Assembly (NCBI GenBank): GCA_030295235.1
Contig: AP026151.1
Location: 62,001-126,000 of the forward strand
Length of the DNA stretch: 64,000 bases
Direction: 5' to 3'
DNA from: Fistulifera solaris
Lineage: Eukaryota
Both the position numbers and the translations under genes were made by a program. Shown in pieces: positions 12,051 to 24,901 of this stretch (position 1 is its first letter; each line of letters begins with the position of its first letter). A model generated the notes under the pieces. It had not been told where the DNA came from and searched no databases. It saw only the letters and a program-made list of their open reading frames with translations.

Positions 12051-15000
12051 ATGACGGTGGGAACCGCTTCTGGTGGTCCTTCTGCGACTGCCGACGTTCG
12101 TATTACACGAAGAGTATCTTCGATTGTTTCTCATGGAGATGCCGATCCAGAGGACGATTCGAAGAACGAATATAAGCATGTTGCTCGTCCTGTACAACAA
12201 CAAGCACTCCGTCGACAAGTATCGAATGAGGCGCTCTCTTCTTGCGGAAGCGACGATGACAGTGTTACACTCAAGAAACCTCCTTCCCATAACTCCGCTT
12301 CCTCTTCTCCCGTGCACTGCTGTCATCCCGCGAACACGGAAAATGAATTCTTACCGCGCAAGCGTCTTTTCACCAATCCTCTTCATGATACGAAGATGTT
12401 TGAGCACCATAAGCGAGCCCTGCAGCTTGAGGCCGAACTGCAGCCTCTTCGTCTCATTCTTTCACGACTCATGGCTCATCCCATTCACAATCGGAAAGGG
12501 CTGTTTAATACACCAGTAGATCCTGTAGCTTTGGGTCTGCTGGACTATCACACGATCATAACAAGGCCCATGGACTTTGGGACGATTAAGGCGCGGTTGC
12601 ATGCTCTGGCCTTTTCGTCGCGCGAGCAAGTTGTACAAGATATTCGTCTCGTTCTTCAAAATGCGATGACATACAATCCTCCTCATCACATCGTGCATGC
12701 GTCTGCGATGAAGCTGATGGCCTTTTTCGAAGAGCAGTTGAGTGCCTTTTGTCCAGATATGGCGCTCGATCCGGATGCGGTGGGTGGAGCCGCTTCCGTT
12801 GCAGCGGTGGAACCCTCTGTATATAGTAATCAAGCCACCCGCTGCAATAGGGCTTCCGAAGAATTGTTGCGTGATGTACCGAGCAAACGCAAGAAACGAG
12901 GCACTCGTGTCATCACAGGACATGACTGTTTTTCTTGTCAAGGGCGCACGTGCGCTGTATGTCAACAAGGCTGCCTTCATCTGGAACCGACGCTCCTCAT
13001 TTGCAACGGTTTCGCCTGTGCCGGTGCTCGCATTCGCAAAGCTGCAACCTATTACATTGCACCGGACGGGAACCGACAGTATTGTCAGAAGTGTTACATC
13101 GGATTGCCGGCTGTTCTTCCCGATAACCGTTACAAGGCGGACTTACTTAAGCGGAAAAACGACGAAGAAACGGTGGAGCGTTGGTTGACATGTGTCAAGT
13201 GTCAACGGGGTGTTCACGCCGTGTGTGTCTTGCACAACGAGTATGTAGATGCTGCGGATACCTTCGAGTGTCCCGAGTGCGCATCGATGGAAGTTATTCA
13301 CGAGCCGTCAATCAAGTGCGTCGAATCATCGGATACAAGTTACACGTTTGCGAGTGGCGAGGATTTGCCAGTTCGAATGTCAGACCTCATGTATTCGTCG
13401 ATGCACAATTCCTCGTATAATGCCGACAGTTTGCCCGAAACGAGTGAATCCGTGTTCCTTCAGTCCAAAGTCCGAGAACGTATGATTCTTCCGGATTACC
13501 CGAACGCCGAGAAGACTGTAACGGTTCGCGTCATTTCAGATTGCGCCCGTGCCTTCAATGTCCCGGACGTGATCCGCAAGCACTTTTGCATGCCCACAAC
13601 GCAAGGAATGCCACCGCAACGTGTCCACTACCGATCGAAAGCCCTCGTCTTGTTCCAAAAGATTGACGGATTGGATGTCTGTATCTTTTGCATGTACGTT
13701 CAAGAATATGACGGCCGGGACGAGTACGAAGAAGCTTCGAGTCCAGTGGATACTAAGAAGCGCGTCTACATTGCTTACATTGATTCGGTTGAGCACTTCC
13801 AGCCTCGCTCTTGTCGCACCAAAGTTTACCAAGAACTGCTTGTGAGTTACCTTGCTTCAGCTCGCAAGCGCGGTTACGATACCGCTCATATCTGGGCGTG
13901 CCCGCCGTCTCGAGGAAACTCTTTTGTTTTCTGGAATCATCCTGCTTCTCAAAGAACACCTACACGTGAACGCCTGGTTGCGTGGTATCATGATGCGCTG
14001 AGTCGCGCTGTTGAGTGCGGCGTTGTCACTGATATTCAGAGCTTGTATGAAAGTGAGTTTCAGGGACGCTTGGAACCTTTGGAAAGCACCGATGCAGTCC
14101 TTGGCTCAAAAATGGAGTGTCCTCCGCTGCTAGACGGTGACTTTTGGGTCGAAGAAGCTGTGCGCGTACATCAACTTCATTCCCAACGCGTCCTCAGAAT
14201 CACCAAGATTGATTCTTGCGACAAGCGGCTTTGTCCAGCGACCGAAGTCGCTAATGTTTTGCGAGACAAGATTTTGGCCCATCCAGTCTCGACTTTCTTC
14301 CGCCGACCCGTGAACGCAGCGGCGCTCAAGTTGAAAGACTATCATGACATTATTTCGCGGCCCATGGATTTGGGCACGGTGTATTCTCAGCTTGTCCTTG
14401 GTGAATACATCACGCTGCGAGATGTTGTCCGAGATGTTGAACTTGTCGTATCAAATGCTACTACATACAATCCATCCGGTAATGTGGTGCATGCGAACGC
14501 TCTTGAGCTACATCAGCTATTTTTCACCGAGCTCGAATCACTTGTTTCTCAGTGGTCGGCAACGACTGTAACTTGGGAAGTATTTGCGTCGATGAGCATG
14601 AACTTGGATCACACCATGACCCTGCCGTGCACAAGTACGGAACCATTATTCAACGCAGTGGCACCGGATTCTCATGCTGAAAAGACAGAAAAGTGTTTGG
14701 AAAAGCCTCAAGTGCATCTTCTCTCCGGCGGCGCTGACGCTGTTCAGAGAAGGATGGTTGGCAACGACGTTTGGCTTTTAGACAAGCGCAACCAACTCAA
14801 GAATCCCCAGCCGAAGAGCAATCCTCGTCGAAGGAAGTCGGAACCTAATGAAATTAACGACGAGCCCTCGGCAAAGCGAAGGCGACAGTCCTGGCTAGCG
14901 GAAGAGGTCGGCGCTTCTGTTCGCTTGCATCGCACTTGCTTCTTCAGCTGTTCCCTCACACCTACAATTGAGCAAGAAACAACCTACGAACAATATACTC

Positions 15001-15403
15001 AAATCTACACACCTTCTACTATCGATCATCATGTCTCCTCGTCAACGATTGCAGACATGAGACATGCCTACTTGAATTCTCTCAATTTCGCAACTTGGAG
15101 TTTGACACTCTCCGCCACGCCAAATATAGCTCCGCGATTTTGCTGTTTCATCTTCACCACGATCGAGCACCTGGAACGATCCCTGAGTGCTCCTCGTGTT
15201 CGAAGCCCATTGTTGATGTCCGTTGGCATCGTCTGTCACGTGTCACGGAACGCCGATTGTTTCAGGCAGCGCGCCATCCTATTGGTCGGCGACCGAAACG
15301 CACGAAACCATATGAGCCGGAAGAACTGTGCGAGGCTTGCCACACCACGTGCTCCGATCCGGACGAGTTCATTCCAATACCGGTGTCGTTTCACGCGGCG
15401 TAG
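12051..15403 (+). CDS. CBP/p300-type (KAT11) histone acetyltransferase with two bromodomains, RING/PHD region and ZZ-like C-terminus
   Basis: Bromodomain (FNTPVDPVALGLLDYHTIITRPMDFGTI); HAT motifs (MYVQEY, RVYIAYIDSV, RTKVYQELLVSYL, AHIWACPP, RLVAWY, DGDFW); second bromodomain ~14245-14550. A frameshift at ~15068 restores LLEFSQFRNLEFDTLRHAKYSS..LH, ending in ORF 15095-15403. Confidence 0.93.
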
Positions 15404-15528
15404 CTTACGACACGCGTGCATTAGTTTAGAATTACTATTTAGCGAGTTGCGTCATAAATTTTTGATTTTCCAAGGGTGTCTCAGGAAATTATGTTAGGGC
15501 CTCTTCATCAGAGCAACGTATTCTTGAC

Positions 15529-17488
15529 ACAGAGATAAATTTCCTACGGCGGCTACGTAAAATACGCGTAGAAACTGGAAGCGTTGTATCTTTTTACAGT
15601 TGCATGTTTCATTGTCAAATGAAAGTCGATTATTGTTTCATGGCATGCATAAGCGATGTTGGGCAAAGCATGGTTGTCATTGGTGTCCAAAAGACGCGAA
15701 AAATGGTGTGATCGAAATTTACACAATATCCGGGTTTCCCCTCTGTCGATAAATTTCCCTACGAGAGCTACGTGAAATCACGTAGACTTTCGAAGCGTTG
15801 CATCATTCGTTCCATCAACGTTTTGTTTTCAAATAGAGGGCGGCTATTGCTTCCTGATACGAATCGGACACGGTGGATAGGGAAACGTTGACATATGTGC
15901 ACTGTAGATCGAAGAATTGGATGCTGGCGAAAAACATAATCTCCGGGTCCCCCTACAGAGATAAATTTCCCACGGCGGCTACGTAAAATACGCGTAGAAA
16001 CTGGAAGCGTTGTATCTTTTTACAGTTGCATGTTTCATTGTCAAATGAAAGTCGATTATTGTTTCATGGCATGCATAAGCGATGTTGGGCAAAGCATGGT
16101 TGTCATTGGTGTCCAAAAGACGCGAAAAATGGTGTGATCGAAATTTACACAATATCCGGGTTTCCCCTCTGTCGATAAATTTCCCTACGAGAGCTACGTG
16201 AAATCACGTAGACTTTCGAAGGGTTGCATCATTCGTTCCATCAACGTTTTGTTTTCAAATAGAGGGCGACTATTGCTTCCTGATACGAATCAGACACGGT
16301 GGATAAGGAAACGTTGACATATGTTCACTGTAGATCGAAGCATTGGATGCTGGCGAAAAACATAATCTCCGGGTCCCCCTACAGAGATAAATTTCCCACG
16401 GCGGCTACGTAAAATACGCGTAGAAACTGGAAGCGTTGTATCTTTTTACAGTTGCATGTTTCATTGTCAAATGAAAGTCGATTATTGTTTCATGGCATGC
16501 ATAAGCGATGTTGGGCAAAGCATGGTTGTCATTGGTGTCCAAAAGACGCGAAAAATGGTGTGATCGAAATTTACACAATATCCGGGTTTCCCCTCTGTCG
16601 ATAAATTTCCCTACGAGAGCTACGTGAAATCACGTAGACTTTCGAAGGGTTGCATCATTCGTTCCATCAACGTTTTGTTTTCAAATAGAGGGCGACTATT
16701 GCTTCCTGATACGAATCGGACACGGTGGATAGGGAAACGTTGACATATGTGCACTGTAGATCGAAGAATTGGATGCTGGCGAAAAACATAATCTCCGGGT
16801 CCCCCTACAGAGATAAATTTCGCACGGCGGCTACGTAAAATACGCGTAGAAACTGGAAGCGTTGTATCTTTTTACAGTTGCATGTTTCATTGTCAAATGA
16901 AAGTCGATTATTGTTTCATGGCATGCATAAGCGATGTTGGGCAAAGCATGGTTGTCATTGGTGTCCAAAAGACGCGAAAAATGGTGTGATCGAAATTTAC
17001 ACAATATCCGGGTTTCCCCTCTGTCGATAAATTTCCCTACGAGAGCTACGTGAAATCACGTAGACTTTCGAAGCGTTGCATCATTCGTTCCATCAACGTT
17101 TTGTTTTCAAATAGAGGGCGGCTATTGCTTCCTGATACGAATCGGACACGGTGGATAGGGAAACGTTGACATATGTGCACTGTAGATCGAAGAATTGGAT
17201 GCTGGCGAAAAACATAATCTCCGGGTCCCCCTACAGAGATAAATTTCGCACGGCGGCTACGTAAAATACGCGTAGAAACTGGAAGCGTTGTATCTTTTTA
17301 CAGTTGCATGTTTCATTGTCAAATGATTGTCGATTACTGTTTCATGGCATGCATAAGCGATGTTGGGCAAAGCATGGTTGTCATTGGTGTCCAAAAGACG
17401 CGAAAAATGGTGTGATCGAAATTACACAATATCCGGGTTTCCCCTCTGTCGATAAATTTCCCTACGAGAGCTACGTGAAATCACGTAG
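15529..17488. repeat. Tandem array, ~4.6 copies of a 426-bp unit made of two diverged ~213-bp subunits
   Basis: acagagataaattt recurs at 15529, 15955, 16381, 16807 and 17233 (period 426). Within a unit, gataaatttcc...ctacgt..cgtaga occurs twice, 214 and 212 bp apart. Confidence 0.97.
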
Positions 17489-17827
17489 CCATTCGTATCG
17501 CTGCATTTGGTCATGCGTTTCACGTATTGCAGTCTATCTTTGCAAATGATGCGAGCGTTGCTTGCCAATGAGAGATGGTCTCACCCATTTGATCATCATC
17601 ACGTCGGTTATACTTTTCGTTACTACGAGTTTTAATTCATTCGGTCATGAGTCATGAATCTTTTACCGTCTGTTTGGCGTCAGTCGCCGCCACAGTTTAT
17701 TCACCACGAAGAAAAGCAGCATTATTTTCATCCAACCGTCACAACAATATTCGATTGACAAAACATCAAGAAGGACACGAAGAAAAGGACATTAGCATCA
17801 ATTATCTTTTCTTCGATCACCATTACG

Positions 17828-18916
17828 ATGAGAGGCACATTATTTCCATTACTAATAAGTCTATTCTCGTTGGAAAGCGCCAATGGTTTTGTTGGGTTGA
17901 CGCCTTCTTCGCAAATAATCAAGAATAGTATTTCGCGTCCTGTGACATCACTGGGAGCCATTGCCGCTTTAGCCAAGAAAGCCAAACAAAATGAACTTCG
18001 ACATTATGTAGAAGCTGGTGTTCCTGATTCTGTCATGAAAATATATCAGGAAATGCAAAGCAAATACAAGACGATTGATTTGCTCGCAAACGACTTACCC
18101 AACAAACTGCAACAAGAACTGACACGCCGTCGAGGAACTCTGACGATCATCGCAGAATACAATCGTAAAACCCGATTCACAGATTCAGGGATCATTAAAG
18201 ATCTCTACGACCCAGAAATCGTCAGTCCTATTTTTCGGGAATACCTCGCGAGTGCGATTGCCGTGACGGCCGATGAACGCATGGGAGCTTGTGATTATTC
18301 GACCTTGGAAGCTTTTGTAAAAGAACAAAAACGAGCGCATATGGAAGTTCCTGGTCCAATCATGATTATTAATAATGATTTGATTTTGGATGAATTGCAA
18401 ATTGCGCGGACGGTTCATGTTGGAGCTGATGCGGTTGTTTTATCGGCGGCCGTCCTCGAAAAGGATGAACTTGAAAAGTTGCTCAAATGCACTGCCGCAG
18501 TCGACTTGGAAGCCATTGTTGCGGTCACGTCGGCGGAACAAGCTCAACAAGCCATTGATATGGGGGCACGCATGATCTCAGTGCAAGGAATTGGTGATAA
18601 TGAGGAGCGTGCGGCGTTATTGCAAAGCTTGAAAATGCCCGAGGGACGAATTGTCACCACCATCTGCAACTTGGGCGCAGCAAAAGGTAAAGGGGATTTA
18701 CAAGAAATTGAAGATGCCTGGTTTCTTAGAGACAAGGGTTACAACTCGATTATTGTGGGGGAAACTTTATATAAATCGGGTTCGCTAGAGATTGAACACC
18801 CCGGAGTCATCATTCGAAGTATGAAATCGAAGAGCAGTCTCAAGTTTGCATCGCCTAAAGCATCAAATGGCCGTGGAGAGGGTGCAAGAGAATATCTTGG
18901 TGATATTTTAATGTAA
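17828..18916 (+). CDS. Plastid-targeted indole-3-glycerol-phosphate-synthase-like (TrpC fold) protein, probably catalytically inactive
   Basis: Signal peptide followed by ANG|FV (ASAFAP-type Phe at +1). IGPS-like segments IIAEYNRK, NNDLILDELQI, GADAVVL, IIVGETL; several catalytic positions are substituted. Confidence 0.8.
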   Translation: MRGTLFPLLISLFSLESANGFVGLTPSSQIIKNSISRPVTSLGAIAALAKKAKQNELRHYVEAGVPDSVMKIYQEMQSKYKTIDLLANDLPNKLQQELTRRRGTLTIIAEYNRKTRFTDSGIIKDLYDPEIVSPIFREYLASAIAVTADERMGACDYSTLEAFVKEQKRAHMEVPGPIMIINNDLILDELQIARTVHVGADAVVLSAAVLEKDELEKLLKCTAAVDLEAIVAVTSAEQAQQAIDMGARMISVQGIGDNEERAALLQSLKMPEGRIVTTICNLGAAKGKGDLQEIEDAWFLRDKGYNSIIVGETLYKSGSLEIEHPGVIIRSMKSKSSLKFASPKASNGRGEGAREYLGDILM

Positions 18917-19067
18917 TGCGCAGTGCGTTGATGCAGTTATGACGGCATACGAATTTAGTAATCGTAGCATGTTGTCTATTGCTAATTGTTGAAGAGAACT
19001 TTGGAGCATAATTACTCTAGTATATCCACGTGAATGAGTTAATTTTGAATATTCTAATTACGTGTTA

Positions 19068-22000
19068 TTAATCGGAGTCGCTGTCGGAACTATCGTCGTC
19101 CGCGGTTGCAGCAGTCTTCTTTGCAGCTGGCGCCGACTTCGAAGGAGGTGATGATGCTGCTGCCGCTTTCTCTTTGGCGGCCTTGGCTTTCTTGGAAGCA
19201 CTTTCCAAAGCAGCACGTTCGGCCTTGGCTTCCGCCTCGCATTCAAGTGCCAGAATAACGACATCCTCCACCAGCTGAGCATCTCTGGATTTGTCTTGAA
19301 TGGCTCCAACAATTTGGGCCATGGTCTTCTGATACGCTAGACGAGCTTCTGCTTCCGCTAAGTAGTAAGCCTGGCGCGTTTTCAAGTCGTCTTTCAATTT
19401 CTCAAGCTGTGCCTTGTATGCTTCGACATTCTTGATCAGTTTCGCGTTGGTGGCATTTAACTGTTTAGCGTGATCGTTCAGAGCCTGGAATGATTGACCA
19501 GCTGAGGCATTGGCTTCCATGAGTCTTTGGTTATTCTCTTTCAACGCCTTGAAATCCTTTCGCATTGTGTCGTTTTGATTACGAAGCTTCTGATTTTCAC
19601 GACGCAAGTACTCGATAATCTTTCCACTCTCTTCGATCAACGACTGTTGCTGAGCGGCCTTCTTCTGCTTATCCTTATCGTTTGCCAGCTCCTCCTTAAT
19701 CTTCTTTCGGTACTCTTCCATTTCTTTCTCAGCTGCTTCGCGTGCATCTTGGACCTCTTTCATTCGCTTCATTTCGGCTTCGTGAACCGCGCTTTCGAGA
19801 GATTTGATCTTGTTCTTCAAAGCATCCTTTTCTCTCTGTGCCTTCAGCATCTCCTTGAATTTTGGACGCCACAAGAAAGTACGCACGTGCGCTTGGATTT
19901 TAATGGCGGCCTTAAGTTGCTTCTTCGCCTTCTTCTTGGCTCCTTTCTTTGCTTTTCTTCTCCTGTTAAGCTCTTTTCTGGCCATGTAGCATCGCCACGC
20001 ACACTGAATTGGAATGGCCAACTTGCCTCGAGACTGCATTTTCCTGCCTTGCGTTTTTCTTACGCACGAGCCAACCTCGTGACGTACGCTGCAAGTCCAA
20101 TGCCCACTGTTCCCAAGCTTCCATGCGCTTTCCCTCCAAAAATTCGAGGGCGCCCGTCTTGAAGTAAGCGCGCGTCTTACCGACAACAAAAGCCGGCTTT
20201 CCTGTTTCGTCCTGAAGTGGCGTCAACGCGGCCGTCAAAAGCTTAGTAACTTCATCTTTGTAGTCGACTTTGGACTTGTCTTTCTTATTCCCTTTCGTTT
20301 TATTGATGACCTTGAAACGCTCGACGCATGCTCGATGATCAAGTCGATTTGGGAAGGCGGAACGTGAAATCGTTACGGCTGCCACCACACCTGCACATCG
20401 AAGCTGTTCAACGGTTGTCATGTGGTACATGATATTGGGCTTCTTGATAGGATTTGGCTTGATGCATCGAATGTAACGTGATTGTGTCTCGTTGAGCTGC
20501 TTCATCAACGATGTCAACTGATTCTTGAACTTGTTCCACAGAGTGTCAGAAGCCATGTTACTTTTGCCGCGTTTAGGGCCAGCACGAACGGCAGCAGCAT
20601 CACCGTTTCCATCGTCTTTCGTCATACTATCGTTTTGCATATGGTTAGCAATGATGTCGTTGCTCGACTGCTTGGCGATCTCGATCAAGTCGGGAGCGAT
20701 AGTGTCTTGATTCACCTGCAAGAAACCATTGGCATGGTAAACAACCTTGCCAGCGTAGTGATGAATACCAAAGTCAAGCGGTCCGAGAAGTCGATCTTGG
20801 ACAAGACATGGGGATGTTTTGTTCGTATTACAAGCCTTGTAAACGAACTCTTTGTCACTACCCTTGGGTCGAACACATTCTTCGTTGAGCATGGCCAATA
20901 AACCGGTGCGGCCTTCAATTAGATCAAGCACGTCACTATTGTCGTCGTAAAGAATGTCATCCAAAGCAATGCCTTCGAATTTGTATTCCTCCTGAACCGC
21001 CTTGAAGATATCTTTCGTGAACTTTTGCTGCAGTTTCTCGTTCGCGTAGTTGATGGCCAACTGTTCGAACCCGTTTACAGGAAACGATTCGAAACCGAAA
21101 ATATCCAAAAGACCAATGGTGCAGAAATCAGATTTGCGCGCGCCCTTGTAGTTCTTTTCCGCCATAGTCGCATCGTTGATTTCTCGAACAAGCCAAAGGA
21201 AAATCTTGGAATAAATTTCTTTTCCAAAAGCTTCGCACGAGTCTTTGGCGGCATCGGGCTTCAAGGGAACTTTGAAGACTTCACCACGCGCGTTCATGGT
21301 TCGTTCCACCAAAGCCTTTTCAAGCTCGGTGGGGTTAATACCGATAAGCTCCGCGAGACTGTCGAACTCCGATTTGCTCGTCACACACGATTTCTCCGTA
21401 TCTCCTCCCGGCGGTCCGAATGTAATGTTTCCTAGTTGGAGCACACATGCGATAGCCCTCCACAGTGTCATTAATGAATCGCCTGTAACACCGACTTTGG
21501 CCAGACCTTCCACGGTTTCGTAGAAGTGATCACCATCACTCTTCCCTTCAATCGAGGTAGTGTCCGTATGACCGATAACTTTGAACGAGGCATTGGTAGT
21601 CCCCTTGAGTCCTTTCCAAATCTTTACCTTGTCGGCTTCCTTAGCGGCAATCATTTGGTAAAAGATGTGGTATGTTCGTTCGGACTCGTCGTGTGTCATG
21701 ATACGACTCTTTTCGAGAAGGTAAACCTCGCATTTACTTCCCGCGATTTTGCAGTGCGGGACGCGCTGACCTGGCGCAACATTCGCGTCACGATCGAACT
21801 GCAACATGATGTATTTTCCGAAACGCGAGGAGTTGTCGTTACGACGGGTCTTGGCGTTACCGAAGGCCTCCAAAAGAGGGTTGGACTCGACGACACGCTT
21901 GACGACCTCGTTGAGACCATCGCCCCCTTTCTCGCCCGTGGGTCCTTTTTGAACGGAGGCCATGTGGTTCATACAGATCTTGACAGTTTCCGTCTTACCA

Positions 22001-22718
22001 GCACCGGACTCACCGGACACGAGAATTGACTGGTTGCAGTCATCGACGGCGAGACCTTTGTAGGAAAGTGCCGATGTCTCGTAAATGTGCGGTTCGAGTT
22101 CTTTGCGAGGATCCGAATCGCCAGCCTTCCACACCATCTTGTTCGCATACTGATCTTGCATCTTATCGGTGTAGAGATGCGTCAACCATTGGTAAGGGTT
22201 AATTGCGATGACAATATCACCCGTACGAGTGTAAGGGAAACCTTGTCGATGACGTTCTTTTAAGTTATAGAGAATGGCAGCCTACGAGAAAGAGACGATG
22301 TGTGAGTAATATGCGTATGAATAAGAAACACAAGAGAGGCGTGTTAACGCCTTTGTATCGTCCTTGATATCTTCAAGCATACTTCTTTTCCGAGTGAACC
22401 GGCTAAATATGTACTCACCTCGTGCAAGAAAGGCAAGTCTACCATGTCTTCTTTGAGCGTGAGAACTCCTGCCTTGTCAACGTTCGCCATCGGCAAAGTT
22501 CCTCCTTCATATTCTTTGAGTTTCACGACCTTATCGGTCCATTTATTGGCATTCTTGCCTCCATCGTTGGCAATTGCCGCTTCGTCATCGTACGTCGGAA
22601 TCGATACCACCGCTTCTTTGTCGGTTTGCGATTTCAGACGCGCCGGCAACCACGCAAGGTCTTTGTCTTTCACGTAGACATTGTTACTTGTGGCTGCAGA
22701 GCCACCATCTTTGCCCAT
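19068..22718 (-). CDS. Myosin heavy chain: motor, IQ motifs, coiled-coil tail
   Basis: Exon 22718-22419, intron 22282-22418, then YTRTG..INPY, P-loop GESGAGKT, LEAFGNAKT.RNDNSSRFGK, GLLDIFGFE, YIRCIKPN. A frameshift at ~20010-20060 leads to IQ motifs (IQCAWRCY, IQAHVRTF) and a coiled coil ending SDSDSD. Confidence 0.96.
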
Positions 22719-23139
22719 TTTTCAAAAGATCTTCTTCTTTTGTGAAGGAACAACAAGACTTTTGTGTTGGAATGATGTTGTGAGAGATTTGAAGGCAAGA
22801 AAATAATAAAATGCCTTTTTTCCGTTTCAAGATCTCCCCGCACACGGCGCAAGAGCAGGTTTGTGACGATGACCCACTCTCTGTGGCTATAGTCTGCTTT
22901 ACAGAGTGTACAAGATGACGTGATCGAAATCAATTCACTAATGACTAATGACCCCCAGACTCAATGAGCTCACGGTGCGCCGAATGACCCTTCGCTACAC
23001 TCTTGTCTATAATAATGTGCGGCGTCTGTGCTTCTCCGACTTATTCTTTATTCCGTTCCCTACTGCAGTTCGTTGTGTGTTCTAGTGTCAAGTCTCTCTA
23101 GTCGCACCTTATTATTAGGTTCATTTTGCGCAAACATCG

Positions 23140-23516
23140 CAAGAAATCTCACCAACATCTATATTTCTCCAGCTTGAAAACGATATTGGAGAGGGTTAAT
23201 GAACGAAACGACGGAAAACTAAACAATTACTACATGGCTTCGATTTTCTACGTCATTTTTTAGTACCCGCAGTAGGAATTTTATCGATGAAGGTGTTCTT
23301 AACCTTTAGATGATTTGTCAGGTCCTTTTCGGGCCCGGATTTGCATAATCGTGCTGCCCACATCACCCAGAATTGGATTAACAGCTTATAGGCAGTATTC
23401 AACATTTTTCTTTTACTACAAACGTAAGATAAAGAAGAAAGAGGCGACGTTTCGAAAGTCTACGTAGCTTGCACGTAGGGCCACGTGGGGAATTTATCGA
23501 CAGAGGGGGTACCAGG
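23140..23516 (-). repeat. Diverged inverted two-subunit copy of the 426-bp repeat family
   Basis: Reverse complement of 23451-23515 matches subunit B (cctctgtcgataaatt..ctacgtg..acgtagactttcgaa). Reverse complement of ~23230-23290 matches subunit A. Spacing between the two is 213 bp. Confidence 0.75.
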
Positions 23517-23651
23517 ATGAAAATGGATATTTTCTTGGACAATTTGAAATTCTATTAAAACTAGATAAGGCAAGGAATGAGGGATGTTAAACTATGTAAT
23601 GTGGAATTAACATTTTTCATGGAAAAGTATGTGAATCATTTAGGTTTCTCT

Positions 23652-24101
23652 TTAGCCATCAAACATTCTCCATTGCAACCGCAGAAGCAAGAACGATATC
23701 GCTGATAAAATTGCGCTTCCAGTAAGCCATCCTGTAGTAAATGGTCTTCCCGCTTCATCGCGAATTTCTCGAGAGGTCTCTCCTTCGTTCTCGAGAGAGA
23801 TTGTCATGATGGCGACAACAATCTCCAATACACCTGTCGACAACAGAATAAGTAGTCCTTCGAGAACAGTGACCGACCAAAATCCCATGACGTAAAGGTG
23901 CTGCAGCTGAAGGATGATGCCGATGGAAGACACTTGAGAATATGCGCCAACGACAAATCCCAGAACAAACATAAGCTTGCGAATCGCACGATAGCGTCTC
24001 TTGTCGCTCCGATCCATTTCGCCATCTCCCCAAGGGATTGAATTTCGAGACTTCTCTGTCGTCGAAGAGCCATCGTGAAGCATATTTAGGAAGTGAAGCA
24101 T
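23652..24101 (-). CDS. Hypothetical small multi-pass membrane protein
   Basis: 149-aa ATG-initiated ORF with 3-4 hydrophobic segments; no family recognised. Confidence 0.45.
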   Translation of the reverse strand: MLHFLNMLHDGSSTTEKSRNSIPWGDGEMDRSDKRRYRAIRKLMFVLGFVVGAYSQVSSIGIILQLQHLYVMGFWSVTVLEGLLILLSTGVLEIVVAIMTISLENEGETSREIRDEAGRPFTTGWLTGSAILSAISFLLLRLQWRMFDG

Positions 24102-24901
24102 CTTGTGCAGCGGATGTTTAACAGGAGGAAAGAGGATGAATGAACTGATTCTGGTTGCGAATCTGAAAATAATGAGAGCGCTAGAAATCGCCTTTTATAT
24201 CAATCGAACTCCAAAAAACTTGTATTTATCAAGCTTGCACCGAATGCTCCTTTGACTAGCAGATAAATGATTCGAAGTCAAAACGTGCACGTTATTGAAC
24301 AAGATCGATCTTGCCAATCGAATTTATGCCTCATTCATCCTTCATGCCGTCTCTTCTCCTCTTCTCCGTGTGTCGCACGCCGTTCGTGGTTTGCTCTTTC
24401 CTTAAAATCTTCCACCCAAAGTTGTCACTGAAAAGCGAAATGCAGACGTTTCACGTAGCCCGCCCGTAGTACCTGGTACTTATACCGGAAGAATTCGGAA
24501 GTACAATAAGATCCATTTTAAAGTTCTGTGCTATTCAAATCTATCAACAGCTGCCATGGCTATAGCTATAATAGTAGGTAACGGACTAATGAAGCAAGCA
24601 TGGAGAAACCATTGACGAATTTTTTAGCACTTAACTTAGTATACTAAAGACAAATGACAATATTCATACGTGTTCTTCACTTCACTGTACTTCTTATCTG
24701 ACAACCGAACGTCACGGGTCACGGTCTCGGTCGCGGCAAAAAGTAAGTCGCGGGTCAGCTTCACATCTAAGTCTCTCTCTAGAGAGACTAAAGAGGATGA
24801 AAAACTAGACTGCAAACTAAGCCTGAACATCTCAAATACCTATTACTGTTAATTTTTAGAATGAAAAACATTTCTGCAAACAGGTGATGTCTTCTGCCCT
24901 T

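Noticed and set aside
15529..17488. Helitron 3' end (hairpin followed by CTRR) as the identity of the 426-bp array
   Set aside because: The hairpin is present, but no CTRR terminus at the expected distance and no Rep/helicase is visible; kept only as a hypothesis.
19527..22029. Antisense ORFs over myosin (similarly 42549-43394 over the beta-propeller gene)
   Set aside because: Shadow ORFs expected from codon bias of the sense genes.
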